A stretch of 64,000 nt of DNA, taken from the NCBI RefSeq assembly GCF_006345805.1, contig NC_043008.1, forward strand, positions 4,216,001 to 4,280,000, written 5' to 3'. Both the position numbers and the translations under genes were made by a program. Below, one piece after another: positions 63,321-64,000 of this stretch; within the stretch, counting starts at the first letter, position 1; each line of letters opens with the position of its first letter. The stretch is from Octopus sinensis (taxonomy: Eukaryota). A model generated the notes under the pieces. That model saw only the letters and a list, made by a program, of their open reading frames with translations, searched no databases and was not told the origin of the DNA.

Positions 63321-64000
63321 AGGTAATTTCTTTAGTGTCTTAAAGTCAACAAATGTGTTTGTTCTCATGCATATACATACCATGTACTAAGGAAAATAAG
63401 ACTGGATGTTGTTTTCATTGTGTACATGAGCTTCCAATTTTACCCTCTTTTAAATATTTCTTACTTTAATTCCCCGAAAATTTCTTTAGAAATAATTTAG
63501 TGTTCAAATATTATTTTCTCATTTTTGTTTATTCTACAGACTTTCTTGTTTACTTGTTTCTTTCATTAACTTTCTCCCGAAACAGTTTTACGATAACCTA
63601 ATGCAAAGGATTGACACACCGATCGTATTTGTTAATCTGAAGTCTTTACATTACGATTTGTTCATGTGTTCTCCAGGTCCCAAAGTAGAGAGTGTCTGTT
63701 TTATATATTACATTATTTGCACATTGAAATATTTTTTCTGTTCTACCACACCATGAATATCAATGTTATGAATGTTTGAAGATTGTGAAACAACAGAGTC
63801 GTAACAGATTTGATCAAACTGTGTAAACCGCATTGTCTTCAGTACACCTTTTATACAACATCTGCACAGTGACAGCTTTTAGTGTGGTTATGAAGCTTTT
63901 TATGTCTGTTAAATTAGGAATAATTCAGGACATCATAAAATACTCTTTTTTATATATATATATATTTGTACATAGCGAATTTGAGAGCTAGTAGAATTTT

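Overview
AT-rich, microsatellite-dense animal genomic DNA with no host protein-coding exon I can support. The SINE and LINE repertoire suggests a coleoid cephalopod, probably Octopus (recognition, not a database result). The window is a mosaic of transposable elements: a full-length decayed Chapaev3-type DNA transposon (TIRs, TAA target duplication), a decayed Tc1/mariner, several RTE LINE fragments with (GAT)n tails, CR1/L2-like scraps, about four SINE or SINE-like families, and Penelope-like elements (PLEs), one with an uninterrupted GIY-YIG endonuclease frame. It also holds three large simple-repeat arrays: a 1.85 kb (CTT)n-type tract, a purine-pyrimidine alternating minisatellite and a 31-bp satellite. 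The most notable signal, which the ORF track does not show, is a set of eight minimal hammerhead-ribozyme-like motifs at seven loci between 2.8 and 24.7 kb, mostly at PLE-type ends next to (TA)n. One has a canonical core, two loci carry a compensatory U3-A8 core pair (one of them inside a perfect 156-bp palindrome), and the rest are decayed. Most long ORFs in the supplied track are low-complexity artefacts.
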